A stretch of DNA of 64,000 nt, from NCBI GenBank assembly GCA_963723535.1, contig CAVRRE010000016.1, positions 12,503 through 76,502 of the forward strand, in the 5' to 3' direction. Numbering within the stretch: position 1 is the stretch's first letter; every line of letters begins with the position of its first letter. The notes under the pieces were generated by a model that was not told where the DNA came from, searched no databases, and was given only the letters and a program-made list of their open reading frames with translations. Shown piece by piece: positions 35,485-45,627 of the stretch. This stretch comes from an uncultured Acidobacteriota bacterium (GTDB taxonomy: Bacteria; Acidobacteriota; Thermoanaerobaculia; UBA5066; Gp7-AA6). A program made the translations under genes and the position numbers.

Positions 35485-36446
35485 ACCGTTTCGCCTCCCG
35501 TGATCTCGAGAAAGACTTCCTCGAGCGTGGAGGCCGGCCGCTCCACGGTGAAGACTTCGATTCCCTCCGACACGAGGGCCCGCAGGGCCTCCGGAACGCG
35601 GTCGGGCGGGATCCGCGCCGTGACGACGCCGTCGCCGCTCCCGTCGCCGCCGACGAGACTCGTCGCACCCGCCGCGGGTGCCGCGGCCTCGACCGCGCCG
35701 AACGCCGACAGCGTCTCCGCGGCCTTCCCCGCGGGACGCGCCCGGACCCGCACGCGATCCGAGGCCGCGCGGGCCGAAAGCTCCCGCACCGATCCCGACG
35801 CCAGCGTGCGGCCGCGGTGGATGATCGCCACGCGGTCGCAGGTCTGCTCGATCTCCGAGAGAAGGTGGCTCGAGACGAAGACACCGATCCCGCGCTCGGC
35901 CGCGAGGCGCCGCACGAGCTTCCGGATCTCGCGGATGCCCGCCGGGTCGAGACCGTTGGCGGGCTCATCGAGGATGAGCACGTCGGGCTCGCCGAGGAGC
36001 GCCTGCGCGATCCCGAGCCTCTGGCGCATCCCCAGCGAATAGGTCGAGACCTTGTCGTCCAGGCGCTCGGAGAGCGCGACCAGCGCCGCCAGCCCTTCGA
36101 TCCGGCCGCTTGCGCCGGCGGGAAGCATGCGGGCGAAGTGCTCGAGGTTCTCCCGTCCCGTCAGGTACCGGTAGAGATCCGGAGACTCGACGATGGCGCC
36201 GACGTGCGCCATGGCCCGCGTGAAGTGCCGCGCGAGGTCGAGCCCGCGAATGCGCACGCGGCCCCGGTCGGGACGGGCCAGGCCGACGAGCATCCGGATC
36301 GTCGTCGTCTTGCCGGCTCCGTTGGGCCCGAGGAAGCCGAAGACCTCCCCCGCCCGGACGTCGAAGGACACGTCCGAAACCGCCTCGCGGTCGCCGAACC
36401 GCTTCGTGAGGTTCTCGGCGGAGAGGACGATGTCGTCCGACGCCAT
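35481..36446 (-). CDS. ABC transporter ATP-binding protein
   Basis: GPNGAGKTT, YSLGMRQR, ILDEP, SSH. Confidence 0.93.
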   Translation of the reverse strand: MASDDIVLSAENLTKRFGDREAVSDVSFDVRAGEVFGFLGPNGAGKTTTIRMLVGLARPDRGRVRIRGLDLARHFTRAMAHVGAIVESPDLYRYLTGRENLEHFARMLPAGASGRIEGLAALVALSERLDDKVSTYSLGMRQRLGIAQALLGEPDVLILDEPANGLDPAGIREIRKLVRRLAAERGIGVFVSSHLLSEIEQTCDRVAIIHRGRTLASGSVRELSARAASDRVRVRARPAGKAAETLSAFGAVEAAAPAAGATSLVGGDGSGDGVVTARIPPDRVPEALRALVSEGIEVFTVERPASTLEEVFLEITGGETV

Positions 36447-36473
36447 CCGCTCCAACGTATCATCGGCGCCCGG

Positions 36474-37271
36474 ATGGCTCGCGCCGCGTCGCGTTTCTGG
36501 CTCTGGACGTTCCCTCTCGTCGCGGGAACGGCGGCCGCTCTCGTTCTCGCCGCGGGCTTCGTGCTCGCTCTGCGGGGCGCGATCGGAGAGCCCATCGGGG
36601 AGCCGCCCCCGCCTCCGGTCCAGCCGAAGCCCCAGCCGGCCCGCGCGGGCGAGCGCCGCATCCTGGTCCTCGGAGACTCGCTCGCCCGCGGCACGGGCGA
36701 CCAAACCGGCAAGGGGTTCGCTCTCGACGTGCTGCAGGCCTACCGCAAGCGCGGGGCGGCGGAGCTGACGAACCTGGGCGTGGGCGGGTCGGAGTCTCCC
36801 GAGGTGCGCACGCTCGCGGAGTCGGCGACGGTGCGCGCCCGCGCGGCCGAGGCCGACCTCATCCTTCTCTCGGTCGGCGGCAACGACCTCTCGCACGCCG
36901 CATCCGCGTTCTCCGATCAATCCGCCACCGGGCTCGCGGACTCCGTGAGCAAAGCGCGGGACCGCTACGTCGAAAATCTTCGGGGCATCCTGCGCACGCT
37001 CCGGGACGCGAACCCGACGGCGCCGATCCTCGTCGTCGGCCTCTACGATCCGTTTTCCGGCGAGCCGGGCCCCGGGCGACTCGGCTCCTCGGTGGTTCTG
37101 CAGTGGAACACGCTCGCGGCCGAGACGGCCCTCGGGTTTCCCGGCGTCACGGTCGTGCCGACCTTCGACATCTTCCAGGGCCGCCCCGACCGCCTCGCCG
37201 CCGACCGATATCACCCGAACCGCGAGGGCTATCGGCTCATCGCCGAACGCATGCTTCAGATCGCGGGCTGA
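36474..37271 (+). CDS. Membrane-anchored GDSL/SGNH hydrolase
   Basis: N-terminal TM; LGDSL, GGND, DRYHPN. Confidence 0.88.
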   Translation: MARAASRFWLWTFPLVAGTAAALVLAAGFVLALRGAIGEPIGEPPPPPVQPKPQPARAGERRILVLGDSLARGTGDQTGKGFALDVLQAYRKRGAAELTNLGVGGSESPEVRTLAESATVRARAAEADLILLSVGGNDLSHAASAFSDQSATGLADSVSKARDRYVENLRGILRTLRDANPTAPILVVGLYDPFSGEPGPGRLGSSVVLQWNTLAAETALGFPGVTVVPTFDIFQGRPDRLAADRYHPNREGYRLIAERMLQIAG

Positions 37272-37280
37272 AGGCTCCGC

Positions 37281-37565
37281 CTACCAGAAGCGCCGGGCCG
37301 TGCGGAAGCCCTTGCCGAGTCCGATCAGAAGCGACGCGGCGGAGGCGATTCTTCCGGCCTTCGCGGCGAAGGAGTTCCTGCCGAAGAGCTTCCACCCGGC
37401 GGTCGCCGCCGCGGCGAGGCCCGAGGCCGCGAGACCCGCGAACCGCCAGCGCTGTCGGAACGCCGAGACCTCGACCCGGGCTTCCCACAGCGCGGACGCG
37501 AGCTCTTCCCGCTCCCGCGCCGCCCGGCGCGACAGGGTCTCGAGCCGATCCTTCGGCTCGTTCAT
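37281..37565 (-). CDS. Small hypothetical protein (YqjK-like)
   Basis: Coiled N-terminus plus hydrophobic segment; coupled to the YqjE-like gene. Confidence 0.55.
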   Translation of the reverse strand: MNEPKDRLETLSRRAAREREELASALWEARVEVSAFRQRWRFAGLAASGLAAAATAGWKLFGRNSFAAKAGRIASAASLLIGLGKGFRTARRFW

Positions 37566-38098
37566 TCCGCCCCCGCCCCACGCAGCCGCGCCTCGAGGTC
37601 GCTCACCTCGCCCTCGGGGTCCCGGTCGTCGTCCTCCGGCATGTCGTCGGGCTCCGGTCCCTCCTCCGGGTCGGGATCCCGCGCGAGCGCCGCACGAATC
37701 GCATCCACGTCGCGCGCGAGCTCGCGGGAGGTCGTCGGAAACTCTTTCGGCTTGACCTCGGCGAACCGCTTCCAGGCGAAGTAGCCCGCACCCGCGGCGA
37801 CCGCTCCGTAGATCACCATGGCTCCGAGAATGCCGAGCGTGACGTTTCCGAAGAGCTGGGCGAGAAGAGAGGCCAGGAGCGCCGCGAGCATCAGCGTCGC
37901 CCCGAGGCCGAACGCCGCCGCGACCGCCAGCCCAGCGAGCCCCTTCCCGAAGAGGAGCGCCTTGAGGTTGAACTCTTCTTCGAAGATCGCGAGACGGGTC
38001 GCGACGAGGGACTGCGCCGCCTCCGCCAGGCCGGCGAACCGGTCGGTCCAGGCCCGGACCGACCCCTTCTCGTCGCCTTCCGCGGCCGATGAGCTCAT
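37562..38098 (-). CDS. YqjE / phage-holin-superfamily membrane protein
   Basis: TRLAIFEEE, two TM helices, FPTTSRELARD. Confidence 0.75.
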   Translation of the reverse strand: MSSSAAEGDEKGSVRAWTDRFAGLAEAAQSLVATRLAIFEEEFNLKALLFGKGLAGLAVAAAFGLGATLMLAALLASLLAQLFGNVTLGILGAMVIYGAVAAGAGYFAWKRFAEVKPKEFPTTSRELARDVDAIRAALARDPDPEEGPEPDDMPEDDDRDPEGEVSDLEARLRGAGAE

Positions 38099-38117
38099 GG
38101 AGTCTGACAGTGTAGCC

Positions 38118-38900
38118 TCAGCCCGGCGGAATGACGACGCCCTCGCGGCGCGTCACGCGCCCCGAGGCGAGCGGCGCGATGCGGATGCCTTCGCGCCCGA
38201 ACCGCTCCTGGATGCGCTTCGCGATCTCGACGACGCCCGGAGTATCGCCGTGGATGCAGAGCGTATCGGCGCGGACCTCGATCTTCGTCCCGTCGGCCGC
38301 CACGACCGTGCCGTCGCGCGCGAGGCCGACCGCCTGCTCGGCGGCCTCGTCGGGATCGGTGATCACGGCGCGGGGCTCGGTCCGCGGCACGGTCGACCCG
38401 TCCGCGAGATAGCGCCGGTCAGCGAACGCCTCTTCGGCCACCGGCAGCTCGGCGTCGCGGCCGGCCTCGACGAGCATCGAGCCCGCCGGCCCGACGAGAA
38501 CGAGGCCCTCGCGGAATCGCCGCACGCCCTCGGCGATCGCGCGCGCGACGTCGGGAAGCTCGGCGCCCGCGTGGTAGAGCGCGCCGTGCGGCTTGACGTG
38601 CGTGAGCGTCCCGCCGCGCGAGCGTACGAAGCCGTCGAGCGCCGCGCACTGATACAGGACGAGCGCCTCGACCGCGCCGGCCGGCAGGTGAACGGGGATG
38701 CGGCCGAAGTGCTCGCGGTCCGCGTAGCCCGGGTGAGCCCCGACGCGCACGCCCCGCGAGAGCGCGAGCGTGACGGTCGCGTCCATGACCGACGGATCGC
38801 CCGCGTGCAGACCGCAGGCGACGTTTGCGGAAGTCACGAAGGGCAGAAGCGCCGCATCGTCCATTCCCTCGCCGACATCCGCGTTCAGGTCGATGCTCAA
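38118..38900 (-). CDS. pxpA: 5-oxoprolinase subunit A (LamB/YcsF)
   Basis: IDLNADVGEG, SANVACGLHAGDP, HVKPHGALY, EAFADRRY, TLCIHGD. Confidence 0.93.
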   Translation of the reverse strand: MSIDLNADVGEGMDDAALLPFVTSANVACGLHAGDPSVMDATVTLALSRGVRVGAHPGYADREHFGRIPVHLPAGAVEALVLYQCAALDGFVRSRGGTLTHVKPHGALYHAGAELPDVARAIAEGVRRFREGLVLVGPAGSMLVEAGRDAELPVAEEAFADRRYLADGSTVPRTEPRAVITDPDEAAEQAVGLARDGTVVAADGTKIEVRADTLCIHGDTPGVVEIAKRIQERFGREGIRIAPLASGRVTRREGVVIPPG

Positions 38901-40415
38901 GGGAGGGTAATGGTACTCCGTGGAGCGCGCCGTGCGGAGGCCGCTTCGCGAAAAGTGACGGCCGTAAAACGCAAGGTTGCACCGGGCCGGGCCTGCCCCA
39001 ACCGCCAGAGGTCGGCCCCGATGACCGTGGCGAGGCGCGGATAGCCGCCGGTGACCGGTCCATCGGGTCCGAGGACGATCGGCAGTCCGCTGCCCGGAAT
39101 CTGGACCATTCCGGGGACCGTTCCCGACGGCGCGATCTCGGGCTCGCCGAGGTGCTCGAGCGGCGCCCCTTCGAGGCGGAGGCCCCGGCGGTCGCTCTCG
39201 GGCGTCACCCGCCACGGGCTCGCGAAGAAGCGCCGAACCTGCTCCGGCGCGAACGCGGCTGCCTCCGGACCGAGCACAACGCGCAGGGGGATCTCGTCGG
39301 AAAGCTCGGGCGCCGCAGCCGGCTCGGGATGCCGGGAGGGGTCCGGGCCGCGAAAGCTCGTCCACAGGATGTCGCCCGCTTCGAGCCGGCGGGTCGGCTC
39401 GCCGGAGCGTCTCGGATCGACGAACCCGCCGGCGGCCGCGACGTACTCTCGCGCACCTCGCTCGACTCGCCCGAGTCGGACGCGCTCGCCGGAGCGGACC
39501 TCGCCGCGGCGCGACAGCGCGACGTCTTCGAGGGCCTCGAGCTCGGGACCCGCGAACGTGATCTCGAGGGCGGGCGCATCCGGAGGATTGCCCACCGCCG
39601 CATTTGCGAGAGCGAGCCCCCGAGGATCGACGGCCCCTCCCGGCGGCACTCCCGAGGAACCCAGGCCAGGCCGCGGCGCGCCCTGGATGGAAGTGAAGAG
39701 GCCCGGCGAGAGGACACGGAAGGCAGGCCGTCCCGCCGGAGTCGCGGCGGCGGCACGCGGGCGCGGAGCCGGAAGCTCCGTCACCGCCTCGAACTCCACG
39801 CGATCTCCCGGGGCGAGAAGGCAGGGCGGATCCGCCGCCGCATCGAAGAGAACCGCCGAGGTCCGGCCGAGGAGCCTCCAACCTCCCGGCGAGGCTGACG
39901 GATACACGCCGGTCCAGCCTCCTCCGATCGCCACGCTCCCCGGCGGCACCCGCGGCCGCGGAGTCGTCAGACGCGGCGCCGCGAGCTCCGCCGGAAGACC
40001 CGACAGGTACGCGAAGCCGGGCGCGAAGCCGACGAACGCCACGCGGTAGCGCACCGCCGCATGGCGCCGCGCGAGCTCGGCGGCCGGAAGGCCCGCGCGA
40101 CCCGCCAGCTCGGCGAGGTCAGCGCCGTCGTAGAGGACCGGCAGCCGCAGGAGCCGACCCGCGGCTTCCGCTTGCGCGGGCAGCGTTTCGGACGCCGCCG
40201 CGTTCGACGGCGGCGGCGATGGCCTCGCGGTCGAATCGGTCGGGGTCGTACGCGACGAGAAGAGTGCGCGCGGCCGGGATCGCGTCCTCGACCTGCGAGC
40301 GCCGCAGCCGGGCGCCGAGAGCGACGGCGGCGCGGTTGGCCTCCTCGTCGGAGAGCTCCGGGAACTCGACCAGCATCGCGCCGTCGCGAAGGTCGACGAG
40401 CACGGGAGGCCTCAT
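38897..40415 (-). CDS. Fused 5-oxoprolinase subunits B+C (carboxyltransferase), frameshifted near 40060-40200
   Basis: GFAPGFAYL, SPGGWRLLG (PxpB) continuous in frame with SDRRGLRL, DGPVTGGYP (PxpC). Confidence 0.85.
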
Positions 40416-41772
40416 CGCGTCCTGTCGCGCCTCCAGAAGAAGAACACGGGCACGCCGGAGGCGAGGATCAGGTAGCCGGGCCAGGTCGTTTTCGGATTCC
40501 CGATGAGCAGAAGGACGATGAGGACGGAGGCGGCCGCGGCGTAGCCGACCTGCAGCCACGGATATCCCGGAGCGAGAAACGGCCGCGGAGCGTCCGGACG
40601 GCTCCGGCGCAGCGCGGGCACCGCGAGAACCAGCAGGACATAGAGCAGCAGATCCGCCGAGACGACGTACTTCAGGAGCTGGCTGTAGGTTCCCGTCAGG
40701 ACGAGGAGCGACGCCCAGACCGCCTGCAGCCACAGCGCGTTGCCGGGCACGGCGGCGCGGTTGAGCGAGCGAGGCTCGAGAAGAAGTGGCCGTCTCTCGC
40801 CATCGCGAAGGACACCCGGGCGCCCGAGAGGATCAGGCCGTTCACGCACCCGAACGTCGAGATCATGATCGCCGCCGCCATCGCCCGCGCGCCCGCCCCT
40901 CCGAAGAGCACTCCCGCCGCCGCCGTCCCGACGCGATCCTGCGGCGCCGTCGCGATTCCCTCGAGACCCAGCGTCTTCAGGTAGGCCGCGTTGGTCAGGA
41001 CGTACGCGACCGTGACGATGAGACAACCGAAGACGAGCGCCCGGGGAAGCGTCCGGCCCGGATCGCGCACCTCCTCGCCGGCGAACGTCACGTTGTTCCA
41101 GGCCGACTGCGAGAAGAACGGGCCGACCATCGCCGCGGCGAACGCCAGCGCGAAAGGCAGCCCCTCGGCGGCGGGAATCCGGCCGCTCCCCGCCACCGCA
41201 GCGGCCGCGGCCTTCCCCAGCACCAGCCCGCCCAGGGCCAGCGCCAGGAGCGCCGCGAGCTTCGCCGCCGTGAACACGTTCTGCGTCAGGGTGCCCGCGC
41301 GGAGGCCGGTGGCGTTCGTGGCGGTCAGAAGGACGACCACGCCGATCGCGACCAGCCGCTGGGGGGTCAAGGCGAGGGGCCCGAGGCTGGCCCAGGGCGC
41401 GTCGGAGATCCCGGGCGCGAAGACCGCGAGGAACCTCGCGAACGCGGCGGCGACCGCTGCGATCGTCCCGGTCTGGATGACGAGAAGCATGGCCCAGCCG
41501 AAGAGAAAGCCCGCGAGCGGCCCGTAGGCCTCTCGAAAGAAGACGTACTGCCCGCCCGCCCGGGGAAGCATGGCCGCGAGCTCGGCGCAGGAGACGGCCG
41601 CCGCCATCGTCAGAAGGCCCGCGACCGACCACACGGCGAGAAGGCGCGGGCCGGAGCCGAGGAGCCGCGCGCTCTCGGCGGAGACGATGAAGATGCCCGA
41701 GCCGATCATCGAGCCGACGACGAGCGCGACGGCGTCGAGCCGGCCGATTCCGCGTCGGAGCGGCTCGCTCAA
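40412..41772 (-). CDS. APC-family amino acid permease, frameshift near 40765
   Basis: GSMIGSGIF, AELAAMLPRAGGQY, GEEVRDP, PGYP. Confidence 0.9.
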
Positions 41773-41812
41773 GGCGGCTCTGGGGCGCGGACCGGGGCGT
41801 GGGAGCGCGCGC

Positions 41813-42451
41813 TCATCGGCGCGCGTGCCAGCCGAGGCGGCGGCGCCGGCGACGCTTCGCGATCGAGCGCCCCAGGACGAACGCCAGGGCGGCGATGCCG
41901 ACGCCGCCGACGAGCAGCAGCGGCGCCGCGGGAACGGCGGGCGGAGGAGGCGGAATCCGGACGCGGTCGGCGGCCGTCGCGGCACGGCGGCGCGCGAGCT
42001 CGAGCTCGAGGCTCCGCTCCCCCATCCGCATGGCCCACCGGTGGTTCGCCGCGAGCGCCGAGGCGAAAAGCGGCGCGAGGGCGCGAAGGAGCGGCTTCTC
42101 GGCGCGCACGCGCCACGCATAGGTGGCGACCGTCCACGCGCCGGCCTGCTCGAACGTCCACTCGCCCCGTCCGACGAGATCGCCCTCCGACTCGATCGTG
42201 AAGCCGTGGGGGTGGCGGCTCTCCGTGACGCGAAGGTCCCAGTGGAGCGTGTAGGGCAGCCACCCCTTCGTGCGGAGACGCAGCCGCTTGCCGACGCCCT
42301 GCTCGTCTCCCGGCTCGAGCTCGTCGACGTCGAGATAGACCGACGGCCACCAGCGCGCGAACTCGCGCACGTCGCCGAGAACGGCGGCGACCTCGCCGGC
42401 CGTCCCGATCACGCGCCACTGGCTGAGGAAGCGGAACTCGGGGGCGTTCAT
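41813..42451 (-). CDS. SRPBCC/polyketide cyclase family protein
   Basis: WWPSVY, LPYTL, GDLVGRGEW, NHRWAM; C-terminal TM. Confidence 0.8.
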   Translation of the reverse strand: MNAPEFRFLSQWRVIGTAGEVAAVLGDVREFARWWPSVYLDVDELEPGDEQGVGKRLRLRTKGWLPYTLHWDLRVTESRHPHGFTIESEGDLVGRGEWTFEQAGAWTVATYAWRVRAEKPLLRALAPLFASALAANHRWAMRMGERSLELELARRRAATAADRVRIPPPPPAVPAAPLLLVGGVGIAALAFVLGRSIAKRRRRRRLGWHARR

Positions 42452-43029
42452 CGGGACCGCGGCGCCCGGCGCTTCGCGCGCGACTTGGGCAACGGCCGGG
42501 GGTTGACCAGCTCTCCGCGCAGAAGGCCCATCCGAATCACGTCGATGTAGCGGCCGGCGCGAAAGGCCTCCTCCCGAAGGACGCCCTCCCGCCGGAAGCC
42601 GACGTGCTCGTACGTCCGCACGGCTCCCGCATTGGTGGCGTACACGTCGAGCCGGATCTTGTGGAGGTTCATCTCCTCGAACGCGAATCGGCAGAGCGTC
42701 CGGGTCGCCTCCTCCCCCAGGCCCTGCCCGCGGCAGTCCTTCTCCCCGATGAGGATGCCGAAGGTCGCCACGCCGTTGTCGCGCTCGATCGCTTCGAGGC
42801 CGCAGTTGCCGATGTGCCGGTCGCCCTCGAAGAGGCAGATCGCGAAGGTCAGCCGGGAGGTGTCCTGGCCGCGGCTCGTCCGCTCGATCCAGTCGGCCTC
42901 CTGGGCGAGAGACATCGGGTAGCGCTGCGCGAGCGTCGCGCGGAGCGACGCGTCGTTCATCCAGTCGTGGCAGCGCTCGAGGTCGTCCCGCTCGATCGCG
43001 CGCAAATACAGCCGCTCGCCTCGGATCAC
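42448..43029 (-). CDS. RimJ/RimL-type GNAT acetyltransferase
   Basis: GERLYLRAIE, HIGNCGL, GQGLGEEA, GFRREG. Confidence 0.9.
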   Translation of the reverse strand: MIRGERLYLRAIERDDLERCHDWMNDASLRATLAQRYPMSLAQEADWIERTSRGQDTSRLTFAICLFEGDRHIGNCGLEAIERDNGVATFGILIGEKDCRGQGLGEEATRTLCRFAFEEMNLHKIRLDVYATNAGAVRTYEHVGFRREGVLREEAFRAGRYIDVIRMGLLRGELVNPRPLPKSRAKRRAPRSR

Positions 43030-43204
43030 GTGCAACCCCTTCAGTTGCAAAGATATCCGATTCGGCGCTACCGTCGGGTTCTCGAGGCGCCCGGGATGTC
43101 GCGTCGGGGAGCGGAACCTCGGGCCGACAGGTGCGTAACTCCCAAAGAAAGCGAGGGGTTTCGTGAGCGGAGCAATCCGACGCTTTCTATCCAGGGAGGA
43201 CGGT

Positions 43205-44323
43205 ATGTCGAAGCTCTTCAAGACGCTGCTCCTGTTGCTCGTGCTGGCCGCGGCGGCCGTCGGCGTGTACGCGCTGGCCCGGGGCGGTCACGGGGACGAC
43301 GGGGAAAAGAAGCTCGTCACCGTCGAGAAGGGCTCGATCACCGAAAAGGCCCTGGCCGTCGGCCAGATCCAGCCCCGCCAGAAGTACTCCGTCAAGTCAA
43401 AGATCTCGGGCATCGTCAAACGCTGCATGGTGAACGTCGGCGACAAGGTCAAGGCCGGCGACCCGCTCTTCGAGATCGCTCCCGATCCGACTCCGCAGGA
43501 GCTCACGGACGTCGATCGGCAGCTCGATTCGACGAACGCCTCGTTCGACCGGGCGAAAGCCGAGTTCGAGCGCGCCCAGGAGCTCTCGAAGAACGGCGTC
43601 GTTCCGAAGTCCGACCTCGACGTAAAGCGGGAGGCCTTCGAGCTCGCCAAAGTCGCCGTCGCGAAGGCCGAACAGCAGCGCGAGCTCACCCGCCGGGGCC
43701 GCGTCCAGACGGAGACGGTCTCGATGGAGTCCATCATCCGCGCGCCCGCCGCCGGCACGATCCTCACCCGCGCCGTCAACCCGGGTGAGCCGGTCGTCCC
43801 CCTCACGTCCTACCAGCCGGGCACCGAGCTCGCGGCGATCGCCGACATGAGCGACCTCATCTTCAAGGGCACCGTCGACGAGATCGACGTCGGCAAGCTG
43901 AAGATGTCGCTGCCGGCGCGCATCAAGGTGGGAGCGCTGCCGACGGACGTCGTGACGGGACATGTGGCCCGCATCGCGCCCCAGGCCCAGCAGAAGGACG
44001 GCGCGACGCTCTTCGATGTCGAGATCGAGCTCGATCCGACTCCCAACGTGACGCTCCGCGCCGGGTACTCGGCCAACGCGGACCTGATCATCCGGGAGCG
44101 CAAGGACGTCCTCACCATCCCCGAGCGCGTCGTCATCTTCGAGGACGGCGGGAAAAAGACTTTCGTCGAGGTCCCGGGCGCAACCGAGAAGGCCCCACCC
44201 GTCAAGACCGCTATCAAGCTCGGCGTTTCCGATGGCTTGAACGCCGAGGTCACCGACGGCGTCGCCCTCGGCGCGAAGGTCCTGGAGCGGCCGCCCAAGA
44301 AGCTCACGTCCGCTGTGGATTAA
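43205..44323 (+). CDS. Efflux periplasmic adaptor (MacA-like)
   Basis: N-terminal TM, VKSKISG, IRAPAAG, VDEIDVG, LRAGYSA. Confidence 0.9.
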   Translation: MSKLFKTLLLLLVLAAAAVGVYALARGGHGDDGEKKLVTVEKGSITEKALAVGQIQPRQKYSVKSKISGIVKRCMVNVGDKVKAGDPLFEIAPDPTPQELTDVDRQLDSTNASFDRAKAEFERAQELSKNGVVPKSDLDVKREAFELAKVAVAKAEQQRELTRRGRVQTETVSMESIIRAPAAGTILTRAVNPGEPVVPLTSYQPGTELAAIADMSDLIFKGTVDEIDVGKLKMSLPARIKVGALPTDVVTGHVARIAPQAQQKDGATLFDVEIELDPTPNVTLRAGYSANADLIIRERKDVLTIPERVVIFEDGGKKTFVEVPGATEKAPPVKTAIKLGVSDGLNAEVTDGVALGAKVLERPPKKLTSAVD

Positions 44324-44341
44324 TCGACTAGGACCCCTACG

Positions 44342-45577
44342 GTGCTCTCCCTTCGCGACGCGCTTCGCCAGATGTGGCGCGACGTGCGGAGCCAGAAGCT
44401 CCGCACGTTTCTGACGGTCTTCGGGATCATCTGGGGGACCGTGTCGGTGAGCCTGCTCCTGGCTTTCGGCAAGGGGCTCCAGCGCCAGATGATCGTCAAC
44501 AGCTCCGGCATCGGCGACGCCATCTGCATCGCCTGGCCGGGCCTGACCTCGGTCCCCTTCGAGGGGCTCGGCAAGGGCCGCAGCATCCGTCTGAACGAGG
44601 AGGACGTCGACGCGATCCGCAACGAGGCTCGCGGCCTGAACGCCATCTCGAGCGAGTACTCGAAGACGATGAAGATGAACTACGGCGCGAAGACCATCGC
44701 GATCGACGTGTCCGGCGTGTCGCCCGACTTCGGCGGAATGCGCAACATCCTTCCGCAGGCCGGGGGTCGCTTCATCAACCCGACCGACATCGCCGAGCAA
44801 CGCCGGGTCCTGTTCATCGGACAGAAGATGGCGGCCGACGTGTTCGGCGAAGGCGTCGATGGCGTCGGCAAGACGGTCATGCTCGACGGTTCGCCCTTTT
44901 TGATCGTCGGGATGCTCGAGCCCAAGGTCCAGAACTCGAGCTACAGCGGCCGCGACAACCAGAAAGGCTTCATTCCCGGATCGACGTACCGCGCGATCAC
45001 CGGCGAGAAGTGGATCGAGAACCTCATCTACCAGTCCAAAGACCCGCGCAACGCCGAGGCAGTGACGGACGACGTCCGCCGCGTCATCGCGCAGCGCCAG
45101 CGCTTCGACCCGGCCGACAAGGAGGCCTTCTCGGTCTGGGACACGACCGAGAACCTCAAGTTCTTCGCGATCTTCTTCCTTTCGTTCCGCCTCTTTCTCG
45201 GGATCATCGGCTCCTTCACTCTGATCGTCGGCGGGATCGGCGTGTCCAACATCATGAACGTCGTCGTCGAGGAGAGAACCAAGGAGATCGGCATCAAGAT
45301 GGCGCTGGGCGCCCGCGACCGCTGGCTCCTGCGACAGCTCCTGATGGAGACGCTGCTCATCACGGGCATGGGCGGCGCCATCGGCTTCGCCATCTCCTTC
45401 GTCGTCTGCGCCGTCTTTCCGAAATTCGGAGTCACCGAGTACGTCGGGAATCCCGACCTGTCGCTCTCGGTCGCGGCGCTGACCGCGGCGATCCTGGGCA
45501 TCACGGGGCTCGTCGCGGGCTACTTCCCGGCGCGGGACGCCTCGCGGCTCGATCCCGTGGTCGCGATGAAGCTATGA
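44342..45577 (+). CDS. MacB/FtsX-family ABC permease 1
   Basis: LRTFLTVFGI, GGIGVSNIM, ERTKEIGIKMALGA. Confidence 0.92.
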   Translation: MLSLRDALRQMWRDVRSQKLRTFLTVFGIIWGTVSVSLLLAFGKGLQRQMIVNSSGIGDAICIAWPGLTSVPFEGLGKGRSIRLNEEDVDAIRNEARGLNAISSEYSKTMKMNYGAKTIAIDVSGVSPDFGGMRNILPQAGGRFINPTDIAEQRRVLFIGQKMAADVFGEGVDGVGKTVMLDGSPFLIVGMLEPKVQNSSYSGRDNQKGFIPGSTYRAITGEKWIENLIYQSKDPRNAEAVTDDVRRVIAQRQRFDPADKEAFSVWDTTENLKFFAIFFLSFRLFLGIIGSFTLIVGGIGVSNIMNVVVEERTKEIGIKMALGARDRWLLRQLLMETLLITGMGGAIGFAISFVVCAVFPKFGVTEYVGNPDLSLSVAALTAAILGITGLVAGYFPARDASRLDPVVAMKL

Positions 45578-45627
45578 CGGTCCTTAACGTGGAACGCAGC
45601 TCAAGAAGAGTCGCGATGAAGCTGTGA
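45560..45627 (+). repeat. 14-bp direct repeat flanking a 36-bp insert; forms a 17-codon mini-ORF (45574-45627)
   Basis: GTCGCGATGAAGCT at 45560-45573 and at 45610-45623. Confidence 0.85.

Noticed and set aside
37562-38098. Holin implying a prophage
   Set aside because: It is a YqjE-type chromosomal membrane protein; no phage structural, lysis or integrase genes are nearby.
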